The notes beneath the pieces were generated by a model. It was given only the letters and a program-made list of their open reading frames with translations, was not told the DNA's origin and made no database searches. The position numbers and the translations under genes were made by a program. From positions 1 through 62,855 of the IMG/VR virus record IMGVR_UViG_3300009537_000008: a DNA stretch of 62,855 nt. One strand, written 5' to 3'. Origin of the DNA: a virus (Duplodnaviria > Caudoviricetes). Shown piece by piece: positions 8,949 to 18,719 of this stretch. Numbering within the stretch: the first letter of the stretch is position 1; each line of letters starts with the position of its first letter.

Positions 8949-9716
8949 TTATTCAGATAATCTTTTAATTTTATTAGACATTGCTATAAACCTTTCGCTT
9001 ATTTTATTAAGATTTTTATGGGTACGCTTCCAATAAGAACCTGATTGAACTCCCATCTCAGTTTTTAATCTTATATTGCGGTCAATGGACTTTTCCATTT
9101 CATTAACCATATTTTTTACTTCGCCAATGGCTTTGTTTATTTTTTGTTGGGGTGTTAAAGATTCATCCTTTTTATAAGTGTTATAATTCTCAGTCATTTC
9201 TTTTCTTTCGACCACACTATCCAATTCAGCTTGTATATCTGAAACACCGTGTTTTGTTTTTAATAGTTTTGCAATTGCAATTGCGGCCAACCTATAATCA
9301 TTTTTTGGAAAAGTATAAGCTCCATTAGAATAGCGCTTATATGCAGTAGCAGCATCACTATACATTCTTAAAAGATGTGTTTTATCGATAATAGGTAATA
9401 CAACGAATGGCCCAAAAATACTTATCTCATTAATAGGCTTTTTAGATTCTGACAATTTGGCTAATACCCTTCTCATTATTCTTTCTGCCATACCACCTGG
9501 TACCGTAGAGGGTTCTACTTCCGAATCTTTCTTTTTCTTTTTTACTTTTTTGTATCCGAATACTTCCAAATCAGCGGAAGACCCATCAGCATCTTCGTCT
9601 GTATTAAACGCGTTTGGAGTTTCAAATCCAGCAACATCTCCTGTAGTCGACATTTCTTTTTGGAGAGCTTTTTTAAGTTCTTCCTTAATGATTTGTTTAA
9701 GTTCTGATTTTTTCAT
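8949..9716 (-). CDS. MKKSELK-leader multi-module head protein
   Basis: MKKSELKQIIKEELKKALQKE then MSTTGDVAGFETPNAF; further LSE/INE/MTE sites between modules. Confidence 0.75.
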   Translation of the reverse strand: MKKSELKQIIKEELKKALQKEMSTTGDVAGFETPNAFNTDEDADGSSADLEVFGYKKVKKKKKDSEVEPSTVPGGMAERIMRRVLAKLSESKKPINEISIFGPFVVLPIIDKTHLLRMYSDAATAYKRYSNGAYTFPKNDYRLAAIAIAKLLKTKHGVSDIQAELDSVVERKEMTENYNTYKKDESLTPQQKINKAIGEVKNMVNEMEKSIDRNIRLKTEMGVQSGSYWKRTHKNLNKISERFIAMSNKIKRLSE

Positions 9717-10174
9717 TATATATTTTTATTAACAAATAATTTTTTAAGGTTGGAAGTATAATCCTTAAATTTTCTAGACGCTATATCCATATCCGCCTGA
9801 GCAGAGTCGACTTGATCTTCGTACTTCTTTAATGATAATCTAATAGCACTCATTTTATCATATAACTTATTTAATTTGTCACCGTATTGTTGGGCAACTT
9901 TACCATCTAAATTTTTAATTACATCTGGGTCATTCTCCATATCATTGACGGTATCATTAATATCGGATTGCACTTCTTTATTTTTTACTCTATAAGAATC
10001 GACGGCCGCATTATATTGATCTACCTTAGCCCAGTATTTATCAGTTGCAGTGGATAATTTTTTACGTAAATCCTTTTCTATACTGAATACCGCTGCGGAT
10101 GAAAATCTATCGGCTTCAATTAGAATCCGGTTTAGTTCTTCCTTAATGAGTTGGATTAATTCTGATTTTTTCAT
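9716..10174 (-). CDS. MKKSELK-leader family protein, coiled-coil cargo
   Basis: MKKSELIQLIKEELNRILIE. Confidence 0.75.
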   Translation of the reverse strand: MKKSELIQLIKEELNRILIEADRFSSAAVFSIEKDLRKKLSTATDKYWAKVDQYNAAVDSYRVKNKEVQSDINDTVNDMENDPDVIKNLDGKVAQQYGDKLNKLYDKMSAIRLSLKKYEDQVDSAQADMDIASRKFKDYTSNLKKLFVNKNI

Positions 10175-10554
10175 TATTCTATTACTTTTCCATTATGAAC
10201 TTTGTATCTTATAGTGTAACCATTAGAACCCCGTGGATGTGTCCAACTGAAATCTAATGTAATGTGCAGCGCCCCATCCCGGTGGTTTATACCAATTCGA
10301 GTATCAACAACAACTGTAGTAAATATTGATTGTAGCCCACCTTTATCTTTAATGGATGCTGTCGGAAGATCCAACCAAGAACCATTGGCTGGAATCTTAT
10401 CAATGCTGGGCAGATTAATAGGTAGTTTATTAGCGGCTAGCCATCTTAATAAAGTAGTGTAATCCTTTGGATTGACATCTACTTTACCACCATCTTCTTT
10501 AAGAGCTTTCCTTAGTTCTTCTTTTACAAGTTGTTGTAGTTCGGATTTTTTCAT
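10174..10554 (-). CDS. MKKSELK-leader family protein
   Basis: MKKSELQQLVKEELRKALKE. Confidence 0.75.
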   Translation of the reverse strand: MKKSELQQLVKEELRKALKEDGGKVDVNPKDYTTLLRWLAANKLPINLPSIDKIPANGSWLDLPTASIKDKGGLQSIFTTVVVDTRIGINHRDGALHITLDFSWTHPRGSNGYTIRYKVHNGKVIE

Positions 10555-11405
10555 TTGGTTACATATTTTAATTCTTTAATTAATTCATAATAATTCAACA
10601 GTTTAACAATATCATTATCATTAACTCTCTTTGCAGTTGCTAATGTTTCTGTTAAATGTATTACTTCTTTTAGTTTAATTTTAGTAACCTTATCTGTGAC
10701 TTTCTTAAATAATTTAATTAGATTAGATTTTATATCTATTGCTTTAGCATTAACAAATTCCCTGAGTTTTGGTGAATTTGAAATAGAATTAATATATTCG
10801 CTTAATACTGCTTTTTGATTAGTATCTAAATTTTTATATTTATCATTAAATCTTTCAATAATAATTTTATAAGCTAATAATCTCACATCCTTATCCTGGG
10901 AAGTCAGTACTGTATCGATAGATGATTTAGCTTCCTGTTTAATAGGTTTATTATTAATATGTTCTAAAATGGTAAATCTGGATTCGACTACTGTTTTAGG
11001 TTCTAATTTTTCATTTGCATTTTCAAACAACATACAAATAGAAGCTAATGTTTTATAATTGTCGATCTTTGCTTTTACAAAATCATTTATATCATAGTGA
11101 CTTCTTATTTCCTTTATCAGATTATATTTTTGTTTGTTTAATACTTCAGTTTTAATCTTTTTCCTGGCGTTAAGTACTGTGTCTAAAAAATGAACAGTCT
11201 TCTCTGGATTATTAAACTTTTCTTTCATTAAAGTTTGATACAATGTATATTCTTTAAATAATGCCGTATTTTTACGAAAATATTTTTTAAGAATATTAAC
11301 TGCCACAGAGCCTTTATTTGCTAACGTATCGGATGTTATTTGACGCACCAATAGTTCGAATAGTATACCAGTATTTTTGAATTTCTGGTGTTTAGTTTTG
11401 CTCAT
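10551..11405 (-). CDS. Head-module protein of unknown function downstream of portal
   Basis: KHQKFKNTGILFELLVRQIT N-term; helical; position between portal and protease. Confidence 0.7.
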   Translation of the reverse strand: MSKTKHQKFKNTGILFELLVRQITSDTLANKGSVAVNILKKYFRKNTALFKEYTLYQTLMKEKFNNPEKTVHFLDTVLNARKKIKTEVLNKQKYNLIKEIRSHYDINDFVKAKIDNYKTLASICMLFENANEKLEPKTVVESRFTILEHINNKPIKQEAKSSIDTVLTSQDKDVRLLAYKIIIERFNDKYKNLDTNQKAVLSEYINSISNSPKLREFVNAKAIDIKSNLIKLFKKVTDKVTKIKLKEVIHLTETLATAKRVNDNDIVKLLNYYELIKELKYVTK

Positions 11406-11454
11406 TTGGTTGTATTTCTTTACTACTATAATTATAATTTTATTAAAAAAACAA

Positions 11455-13104
11455 TTACTTCTGACTTAATGGACTACCACCTTTAAATCTATGCCCGAAG
11501 GGTGATTTAGGTTGTTGTAACGGCTTATCATCTACCATATCTTTAGTTCCTGGGTACCAACCCGCGGCACCTGGATTGTCGTCTTCCGTAGAATTATCAT
11601 TTTCATCCTCTGGGCTTTGATCTCCAATTGGATCTGGATCTGGTGATCTGGGATCTGCTGGATCGGAACCTTCCTCATTTATCTTTGTTAATCTATAATT
11701 GCGTTTAGATGTTTCAACCAATTTTGCTCTTTCATCTTCAATCTCATCTTCATTCATATCAAATACGTTTTCATATATCCAATCATCAGAAAATAATTTT
11801 GAGTCCTGTAAATCTTTAGCTAATTCTATTTGGCTTTTCCATAACTCTACTTTTTGCTGTTTATGGACTGTAGATGGATTAGTTAATTCTAAATCAAATT
11901 CAATTAATTCTTCATCTTCAAACCCTTGGGCCGCCAAATGTATTACTCCTATTTTATATAATTCAGAAACAACAATTCTTTGTAAGCGTTCTATAGTTCT
12001 GGTAAATCTAATATCTTCAGCAGCCAAAGTAGCTTTCGCTCCGTATGCGTCTGAGTAATTTAAAAATGCTTTTGGTACTTGTAACGCAGCAAACAACTTA
12101 TCTCTTAAATATTCTATATCATTAATATTATCAAATGCTAATCCATTTAAATTAGTGACCTGAGAAGTTGATAATCCACCTCTGGTTGGAATATAAATAT
12201 CTTCTAACATATTCTCCAAATTAAATTTCAAATTGTAATCCCCAGTATTAGGATCTACAAATGGAATTTTCTTCATTCTGGAAATGGTTTGCTCCATATG
12301 AGTGTCAATTTCATTAGGAGGTAAATTGCCAACTTCAATATTGAATATTCTTTTTTCAGGTGAGCGCATTATTCTATGGATAAGCATTGCATCCTCCATA
12401 AGATTTAATTGCTTCCAGACTCTCCTCGCCCCTTCCAACATACTCTTACCGTAAGGTAAAAAGTTTGTATCTGATAATAATCTAAAATGAGCTACTTCAT
12501 AATTTTCTAATAATGCTCGACCAGCAATTGTTTCGTTTTTAAATTGAACTAAATGGGGGTTATCAGGATCTTCTCCTTCTACCCTTTCTGTTTCATAAGC
12601 TGACAATGGAGTTGCAAAAGTTACACCGAATTCTTCTGAAATAGTTAATAAAAGAAAATGATCACCATACTTAACTAAATTTCTAATCCACGGCCAGAGA
12701 TTAAATTCAATATTTAAAACATCATAGTATAAATTATTTAAAATATCTTTAACATCTTCATTATCTGTTTTAATTTGAAGGACATCATTATATTCATCTC
12801 GGGTTGTACATTCATCTGATAGGACATTTAATGCCGTTGAGATAATACTATCAGTATCCATTATTTCATAGTCACCATATAATAATCTCCTGTTGGCTAT
12901 AAATGATGCTTGCTGGCCAACCATTGAATACCCACTCATTCCACCAGTTTTGAAGACTTTATTAAATCTATCAATAGGTCTACTAGACTGAGACTGCCGA
13001 CTGTCTAAATCTACCAGTTTGAGTTTCTTACCTCCCTTATTTCTTACAATAACAGAGGTAGAGAATAGTTTTTTAAGTCTACTAAAAAAGGATTTATCAG
13101 CCAT
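11455..13104 (-). CDS. gp20: Portal protein, T4 gp20-like
   Basis: YGKSMLEGARRVWKQLNLMEDAMLIHRIMRSPEKRIFNIEVGNLP, EDIYIPTRGG, DIEYLRDKLFAALQVPK. Confidence 0.95.
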   Translation of the reverse strand: MADKSFFSRLKKLFSTSVIVRNKGGKKLKLVDLDSRQSQSSRPIDRFNKVFKTGGMSGYSMVGQQASFIANRRLLYGDYEIMDTDSIISTALNVLSDECTTRDEYNDVLQIKTDNEDVKDILNNLYYDVLNIEFNLWPWIRNLVKYGDHFLLLTISEEFGVTFATPLSAYETERVEGEDPDNPHLVQFKNETIAGRALLENYEVAHFRLLSDTNFLPYGKSMLEGARRVWKQLNLMEDAMLIHRIMRSPEKRIFNIEVGNLPPNEIDTHMEQTISRMKKIPFVDPNTGDYNLKFNLENMLEDIYIPTRGGLSTSQVTNLNGLAFDNINDIEYLRDKLFAALQVPKAFLNYSDAYGAKATLAAEDIRFTRTIERLQRIVVSELYKIGVIHLAAQGFEDEELIEFDLELTNPSTVHKQQKVELWKSQIELAKDLQDSKLFSDDWIYENVFDMNEDEIEDERAKLVETSKRNYRLTKINEEGSDPADPRSPDPDPIGDQSPEDENDNSTEDDNPGAAGWYPGTKDMVDDKPLQQPKSPFGHRFKGGSPLSQK

Positions 13105-13141
13105 TCATAATATTTTATTATAATTATATATCTTTAGTATT

Positions 13142-14752
13142 TCATAGTAACCAGGTTAAGTCTTCTGACTCACCCTGCCCACCAGGCATCTTCCAAGTTT
13201 CTGATCCAGGTCCTTGCCTCTGGCCATTAGAATTGTATATTTGGTTATTCCTTTGAACAGAAATATTCTTTAATATAGATCTTTGTAAATCCATACCATC
13301 AGACCTTAATTTAATGGCAGTGTCCCTTGTCCATAATCCAATGCTATATGATAATACTAAGTCATCATTATAACTTTGTCTGGCTTGCGCTTTTCCATTA
13401 TGCCAAATAAATACAAATAATTCGTCTATTAATCTTTTAGATTTTATTAGGACTTCTTTTTCTCTAGTATATTCACAAAGTTTTTCAATTAGCAATGGTC
13501 TAGTTTTGCTTGAATTAGTAAACCCAGGAGTCATATCCATTTGCAATTTCAAATCTAATCCTTTATATAATTGTGTATGTTGATCTTGGAATTGATTTGT
13601 CTTTTGAGAATAATAAATATTTTGATAACCTCTATCAATTACAGTTTGAATAACCGCCCAACCAATACTGGCGTTTTCAATTACTAATAGTGCATTATTA
13701 TATTCAGTGGCAGTATTAACTAACATATGACCTAAATCTGTCGTGGTGATATGAGCTTTAAATTCAGCTATTTGTCTTAAGGAGTCTATTTCTAAAATAT
13801 GGAATGCAGAATAGTCAGTAGCATCTCCCCTTGCTACGTCAACCGAAATCATGTATGATTTAGTATAATCTGGTTTCTCCCATACCCATAAACCATTTTC
13901 AGGGCCACGTTTCTCAATAGGTTCTTCTACAATATTATCTAAATACCATTTTAGTATGCTGGGATGAACTACAGTGTTTCCAGATGATATAAAATCAGCA
14001 TCACATTCTGCCGCAGCGCCGTCAGCCCCTAATAGCTCTGTTTGTTTATCCCGCCAAGATTGATCTCGATCTGGGTGTAAGTTCCATTTAAGTTTTATGG
14101 TATTAAAATCATTATCACCTGCTTCAGAGTCGACCCATGTTTTGTGAAACCAATTACCAACTCCATTGGGGGTTGATAATACAATTGCTTCTCCTCCTGT
14201 TGCTAAGGTTTGTTGTGACGCTATCCAAATGGATTCAATATTAGAAATAAAGGCCGCCTCATCAATCACAAGCAAACTTAGGGACTCTGATCGGCCGGCG
14301 CTCTCTGTTGCTGCAATGGCTTTAATTTGTGAACCATTAGGAAAGCGCAATGACATCTTATTATCTTCAATAGTTTTAGATCTAATCCAGCCAGGTAACA
14401 TATCATGCATCACCCTAACTTTGGTAACTAAATTCTTAGCAACCATTTGATTAATGGCAATTACTAATACATTTTTATCTTCATGAAATAACATTAACCA
14501 CAAAGCGTACCCAGCAACTAATGTAGATATACCTAATTGTCGGGATTTTAGCACCATATTATATCGGTGCTTCTTAAATTGAACTAATGTTTTATCCTGG
14601 AAAGGATATAATTTAAATAAAATCTTTCCTTTTTGTGGGTGTTGGATGTAACAGTAATTTTTCATAAAGTGCACTGGGTCAGTAGCACACTTTAAGTATT
14701 CATCTGATAAGAATTGTTTTATCTGAGCTGTTGTCAGCTTTGGAGTAGACAT
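13142..14752 (-). CDS. terL: Terminase large subunit, T4 gp17-like
   Basis: LYPFQ, KSRQLGIST Walker A, LLVIDEAAF Walker B, LSTPNG, VDVARGDATDYS, NDDLV. Confidence 0.96.
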   Translation of the reverse strand: MSTPKLTTAQIKQFLSDEYLKCATDPVHFMKNYCYIQHPQKGKILFKLYPFQDKTLVQFKKHRYNMVLKSRQLGISTLVAGYALWLMLFHEDKNVLVIAINQMVAKNLVTKVRVMHDMLPGWIRSKTIEDNKMSLRFPNGSQIKAIAATESAGRSESLSLLVIDEAAFISNIESIWIASQQTLATGGEAIVLSTPNGVGNWFHKTWVDSEAGDNDFNTIKLKWNLHPDRDQSWRDKQTELLGADGAAAECDADFISSGNTVVHPSILKWYLDNIVEEPIEKRGPENGLWVWEKPDYTKSYMISVDVARGDATDYSAFHILEIDSLRQIAEFKAHITTTDLGHMLVNTATEYNNALLVIENASIGWAVIQTVIDRGYQNIYYSQKTNQFQDQHTQLYKGLDLKLQMDMTPGFTNSSKTRPLLIEKLCEYTREKEVLIKSKRLIDELFVFIWHNGKAQARQSYNDDLVLSYSIGLWTRDTAIKLRSDGMDLQRSILKNISVQRNNQIYNSNGQRQGPGSETWKMPGGQGESEDLTWLL

Positions 14753-14753
14753 A

Positions 14754-15158
14754 TCAATATAGGAGCGTGGCTAAAATACCAGCCGATAAAATCATCCCCC
14801 CGGTTATTATACCATTAATAAACGAATGTTTAACTTTCTTTTTATATGCCTGCTCTAAGCCCTTTTTACTAGACTCACAGGCATCCACTTTTGCTTGGGT
14901 TGCTTTGGTGATTTGTTTTTGGGAATATAGGATTTCTTTATTCACTTCAACAGTTTGTTCTAATATTACAACCTGTGCGGATAATTCTAATATAAGAGCA
15001 TTTTGAAGACTATCTCTTTCCTGTAGGCGGGTGATACCTTTATATAAATTAATTACTTCAGGTTTAGTAAAATAATATCCACCATCCTTTGCAGGAGCTT
15101 GACTCATACCGACAATTGGTAATAGAATTATTGCTATGTATAATATTATATGTTTCAT
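14754..15158 (-). CDS. Secreted/membrane coiled-coil protein (possible spanin component)
   Basis: N-terminal signal, coiled coil, C-terminal hydrophobic helix. Confidence 0.5.
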   Translation of the reverse strand: MKHIILYIAIILLPIVGMSQAPAKDGGYYFTKPEVINLYKGITRLQERDSLQNALILELSAQVVILEQTVEVNKEILYSQKQITKATQAKVDACESSKKGLEQAYKKKVKHSFINGIITGGMILSAGILATLLY

Positions 15159-15541
15159 TGTATTCTACCCTCATCTTCTGCAAACTTCTTAAGAAATTTA
15201 ACTGCGCTATCTACTGGTGGATCTGGTTTAGGAGTAACTCTATTATTAATTATCTTATATTTAATTACTCCTGATTTTGATTTTGAATCATATAAATCCT
15301 GTGCTAATTGCTCGGCGATAATTGTTAGACTATCAATTTTATGTTCATTGACTGTTATAGTACCATTTAATCCATTAACAATGTCATTATAATAAGTATA
15401 ATTGCTATCATGGTTAGATTTACAATTCTTAAGATTATGATAAGTTCCAAATAAACCTAACGATAATAATAAAATTATAGCTCCCATAATATACTCCCTA
15501 TACTTAAATGTTATTTTCAGTATGTTCGTTATCTTTTCCAT
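15155..15541 (-). CDS. Membrane-anchored protein (possible i-spanin-like)
   Basis: N-terminal TM IMGAIILLLSLGLFG then periplasmic coil; overlaps next gene by 4 nt. Confidence 0.5.
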   Translation of the reverse strand: MEKITNILKITFKYREYIMGAIILLLSLGLFGTYHNLKNCKSNHDSNYTYYNDIVNGLNGTITVNEHKIDSLTIIAEQLAQDLYDSKSKSGVIKYKIINNRVTPKPDPPVDSAVKFLKKFAEDEGRIQ

Positions 15542-16130
15542 GCGCTTCTAATTTTTTACCAAATATTTTTTGTTCAATATCTTCCATAATAGGATCAATC
15601 AATGCACTTAGCTCTTCATAAGATTGTGGGTCTTCCCAAAAGTCTTCAATCTTCCCATTACCATCGACAAACTTTTGTTTTAAAGAATCTCTCTTACCTT
15701 CTTCAATCATTTGTTTAAAATCTTTGAACCAGGCTTCCATATTATTTTGAACCTTATTCCTTTCATATTCATTATATGTACCATCGATCTTCATCTGATG
15801 TTCCATTGCGATTACACATTCAAAACACATTTTATGAATAAACCACATTTTTTTATCCAATTTCTTTTTCATTGGATTATTACATTTCGGGCAGGAATGA
15901 GGAAGATAAATATGGTCTGCGACGGCTTCATTAATGACATCTAATAATTTGGAAGTTTTCCATTTAATACCATTTCTTATTTCCCATTCTTTCCCATCAG
16001 AGTCTGTCCAAACTTCCCCTTCTTTTCTTTCGACTTTGTCAGGAGTCCATCCATGCGATCTTTTTTGGTGATTACCACTTATAACATTTTGTAGATACGC
16101 AATACGTTTGCCAGGTTGACTGTTTTTCAT
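15504..16130 (-). CDS. Zn-finger-containing hypothetical protein
   Basis: RKEGEVWTDSDGKEW; CPKC...CFEC. Confidence 0.7.
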   Translation of the reverse strand: MKNSQPGKRIAYLQNVISGNHQKRSHGWTPDKVERKEGEVWTDSDGKEWEIRNGIKWKTSKLLDVINEAVADHIYLPHSCPKCNNPMKKKLDKKMWFIHKMCFECVIAMEHQMKIDGTYNEYERNKVQNNMEAWFKDFKQMIEEGKRDSLKQKFVDGNGKIEDFWEDPQSYEELSALIDPIMEDIEQKIFGKKLEAHGKDNEHTENNI

Positions 16131-16164
16131 AGACTATTTCTTTAATAATAAATATTGTTAATTT

Positions 16165-18207
16165 TTAATTTCCAAATTTTAAAATACCCAATAAAGCATT
16201 GACACTAGCAAAGGCCCCTGTAAATTTATAAATCTTTCCTTTATACATAAATACTATTCCCTCAGTTGGCACTATGGCATCAAACCCACCAATAGCATTT
16301 AATCTGGTTAATTGTGTTTTAAGTTTTTCAATCTTAGTTATGTCATTGGACGATTCTAATGTTTTAATATCTGCTTCTACAGACTGCCGTATTCTATGAG
16401 CAGCAGAAGATGGATTAACAGATAATACATCACTGACATTTTTTAATATCTCTGCACCAACGTGTAAGAATAATATATCAAATGGCTGCATATTAATTTT
16501 TACCTGTCCAGCATGATCTTTTTTATCAAATGTTGTCGCCCATTCTAAAAATTCTGTATTGTCTATTTCTTTTTTCATATTAGCTATTGAATAGCTCTTA
16601 TCAAAAAATGCCCATCTGTTAACTAATGAACCTAATACATGATTTGGTATCGGATAGTTATTTTTTTGTGCCTGTTTAGAAATAAAATCCGCCCACCAGG
16701 CCTGATGATATTTAGATACTTTATCTGAGGACTTTAAATTAAATTTAGATTGTAATTGTTTTAACTTATTTTGGAACATTGCTTGCTTAGAAGAAAAATC
16801 TGTTACTGGAGATAATTTAACAAACGATGGCCCTTGTATGGTGAATTTATTTTGAATATGCTGATTAACCTTTTGAATTAATTTAGCTAATGTGCTGGCA
16901 TCTTTTGGATTAGCATCTACTACATTCCCTGCATCATCATACTCAGTGCTACCATGAAATATTAATAAACTGGTATCGTATGGAATTACATTCTGTGTGT
17001 CTGGCCATATAATTTCTGTATGCATAAATTTATAACCATTTTTAAATATAGAATCTTTATCTTTTTGTGATAATGATTTAACTGCATTTTGTAAGTCTTG
17101 CACTGCAAATACAAACGCATCTGTTAGTGCCCCTCTGCCACTAAATTGTTGTAACACCCCATTAACATCCATCGCACCAGCTCCACCATTTTTGTAATGT
17201 CCTTTATTTCTGGCAGCAATTAATTTACCATCTTTCCAGGAGAATGAAATGGCCTGACCATCCAATTTCTCACTAACATGTTTACTTAGTTTTCCTTGTA
17301 ATCCCAGCCCAATTATTTTACTTAAGTCTCCAAAAGTTAAATTCATATCATCAATCACATGGGCCATGTGTCCTGCAGCCCCACCTTCCGATAATATATT
17401 ACTCGGAGTCATATACTCAATAAACTTATTTCCTAATGCTATAACTCCTTCTGTTTTTATTTGCAATGAATTATTCCCAACAATATATTCAATAAGATCT
17501 TTACCCAATGATTTAGCAATTGAATTAGATGTTGCATTTATTTTTTTACTAGTTTTAAGAACATCATGTATATTAATTGTTTGCAAAAATGATTCCATCA
17601 TAGAATTTATTGCTCCCAATTTATTTACAATCATATCTTCTATTTTTTCATCTGATATACCAATAACTTGATTATAAAATTGATGTCTTTTTTTCCAGGA
17701 AATGTTATTATCACCAAGAATTTTTCTTATTTCGGTGCCACTCATTCCACCCCTCATTGTAGGAGCATTCATTGTATAAGCGTGAACTTTATAACCATAT
17801 TCTGCGGTACCTTTCCACGGTAAAAAGAATTTACCACCTAATCTTTCTTGATCTTTTTCGCCTACGATAAATACAACTGCAGTAGTTTCTGGGTCAAACT
17901 TAGCAACTATTTCTTCTGCTCTATATGGATTTTTAACATTAACAACATTTTTTATTCCGTGAGCCTTAGCAATTATTGACTTTTCTTTAAATGAAAAGGG
18001 GGATTTAGGTAAAGATACTACATTTGATGTGGCAAGAAAAGTATTATTAGCACCAAATATTCGTCGTACAAATTTATAAACATCTGCGTGATGCTTACCC
18101 ATTGGTTGAAATCTGCCTGGATAGATTGCTATAACTTTTTTAATCTTACCAGTAAGTACAGGAGATTCAATTAATAATTGACTGGCCAACCAGGTTCCTA
18201 ATGACAT
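16165..18207 (-). CDS. HIGH-type nucleotidyltransferase fused to a KxDG ligase-like domain
   Basis: IYPGRFQPMGKHH (HxGH-like), VGEKD; second domain begins LSEGGAAGHMAH...VSEKLDG...TEGIVF...YKFTG. Confidence 0.7.
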   Translation of the reverse strand: MSLGTWLASQLLIESPVLTGKIKKVIAIYPGRFQPMGKHHADVYKFVRRIFGANNTFLATSNVVSLPKSPFSFKEKSIIAKAHGIKNVVNVKNPYRAEEIVAKFDPETTAVVFIVGEKDQERLGGKFFLPWKGTAEYGYKVHAYTMNAPTMRGGMSGTEIRKILGDNNISWKKRHQFYNQVIGISDEKIEDMIVNKLGAINSMMESFLQTINIHDVLKTSKKINATSNSIAKSLGKDLIEYIVGNNSLQIKTEGVIALGNKFIEYMTPSNILSEGGAAGHMAHVIDDMNLTFGDLSKIIGLGLQGKLSKHVSEKLDGQAISFSWKDGKLIAARNKGHYKNGGAGAMDVNGVLQQFSGRGALTDAFVFAVQDLQNAVKSLSQKDKDSIFKNGYKFMHTEIIWPDTQNVIPYDTSLLIFHGSTEYDDAGNVVDANPKDASTLAKLIQKVNQHIQNKFTIQGPSFVKLSPVTDFSSKQAMFQNKLKQLQSKFNLKSSDKVSKYHQAWWADFISKQAQKNNYPIPNHVLGSLVNRWAFFDKSYSIANMKKEIDNTEFLEWATTFDKKDHAGQVKINMQPFDILFLHVGAEILKNVSDVLSVNPSSAAHRIRQSVEADIKTLESSNDITKIEKLKTQLTRLNAIGGFDAIVPTEGIVFMYKGKIYKFTGAFASVNALLGILKFGN

Positions 18208-18208
18208 A

Positions 18209-18442
18209 TTAATTGTGTTTGGTAATTTTCTTTTTAACCATATCTAACAAAGTAATAATTCCTTCCAATTTCTCCATATTCATATCTTTCCCAGAATTAA
18301 TTGAAGAAGATAGCGCCATTAGATTTTTGTGGGCCACAAATAAAAAATTTTTTCCTATTTTATCATCTAACCGATAATAAGTTTCATTAAGAGATTTTTT
18401 AAGTTCTTCCTTAATGATTTGTTTAAGTTCTGATTTTTTCAT
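18209..18442 (-). CDS. MKKSELK-leader family protein
   Basis: MKKSELKQIIKEELKKSLNE; first 48 nt identical to those of 8949..9716. Confidence 0.75.
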   Translation of the reverse strand: MKKSELKQIIKEELKKSLNETYYRLDDKIGKNFLFVAHKNLMALSSSINSGKDMNMEKLEGIITLLDMVKKKITKHN

Positions 18443-18444
18443 TA

Positions 18445-18717
18445 TTATTTATAACTTTTATGAGTTAATAGATACCGATGATTTTTAGAAACCCAAAAAT
18501 TGCCTTTTGAAGTATAAATAATCATTATCCCTTGCATCGGGTAGCTTTTAAAATCTTTAATGGTGGCACCAACCCACTTCCTGGGGTTGGTTACTACACC
18601 CCGAATTCGTGTTTGACTGTGCTCTGGATCGTCCTCCCAGTCGTAGTAATGAATGCCTTCAGAAAGCATGTTTTGTAGTTCTTCCTTAATGATTTGTTTA
18701 AGTTCTGATTTTTTCAT
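18445..18717 (-). CDS. MKKSELK-leader family protein
   Basis: MKKSELKQIIKEELQNMLSE; first 41 nt identical to the copies at 9716 and 18442. Confidence 0.75.
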   Translation of the reverse strand: MKKSELKQIIKEELQNMLSEGIHYYDWEDDPEHSQTRIRGVVTNPRKWVGATIKDFKSYPMQGIMIIYTSKGNFWVSKNHRYLLTHKSYK

Positions 18718-18719
18718 TT

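Noticed and set aside
2018-14752. Introns or inteins in capsid, portal or terminase
   Set aside because: All read as continuous ORFs of normal size without splicing motifs
4961-18717. Leader repeats as CRISPR or DGR template/variable repeats
   Set aside because: They are in-frame coding N-termini with gene-length spacing; no cas genes, reverse transcriptase or adenine-specific mismatch pattern seen
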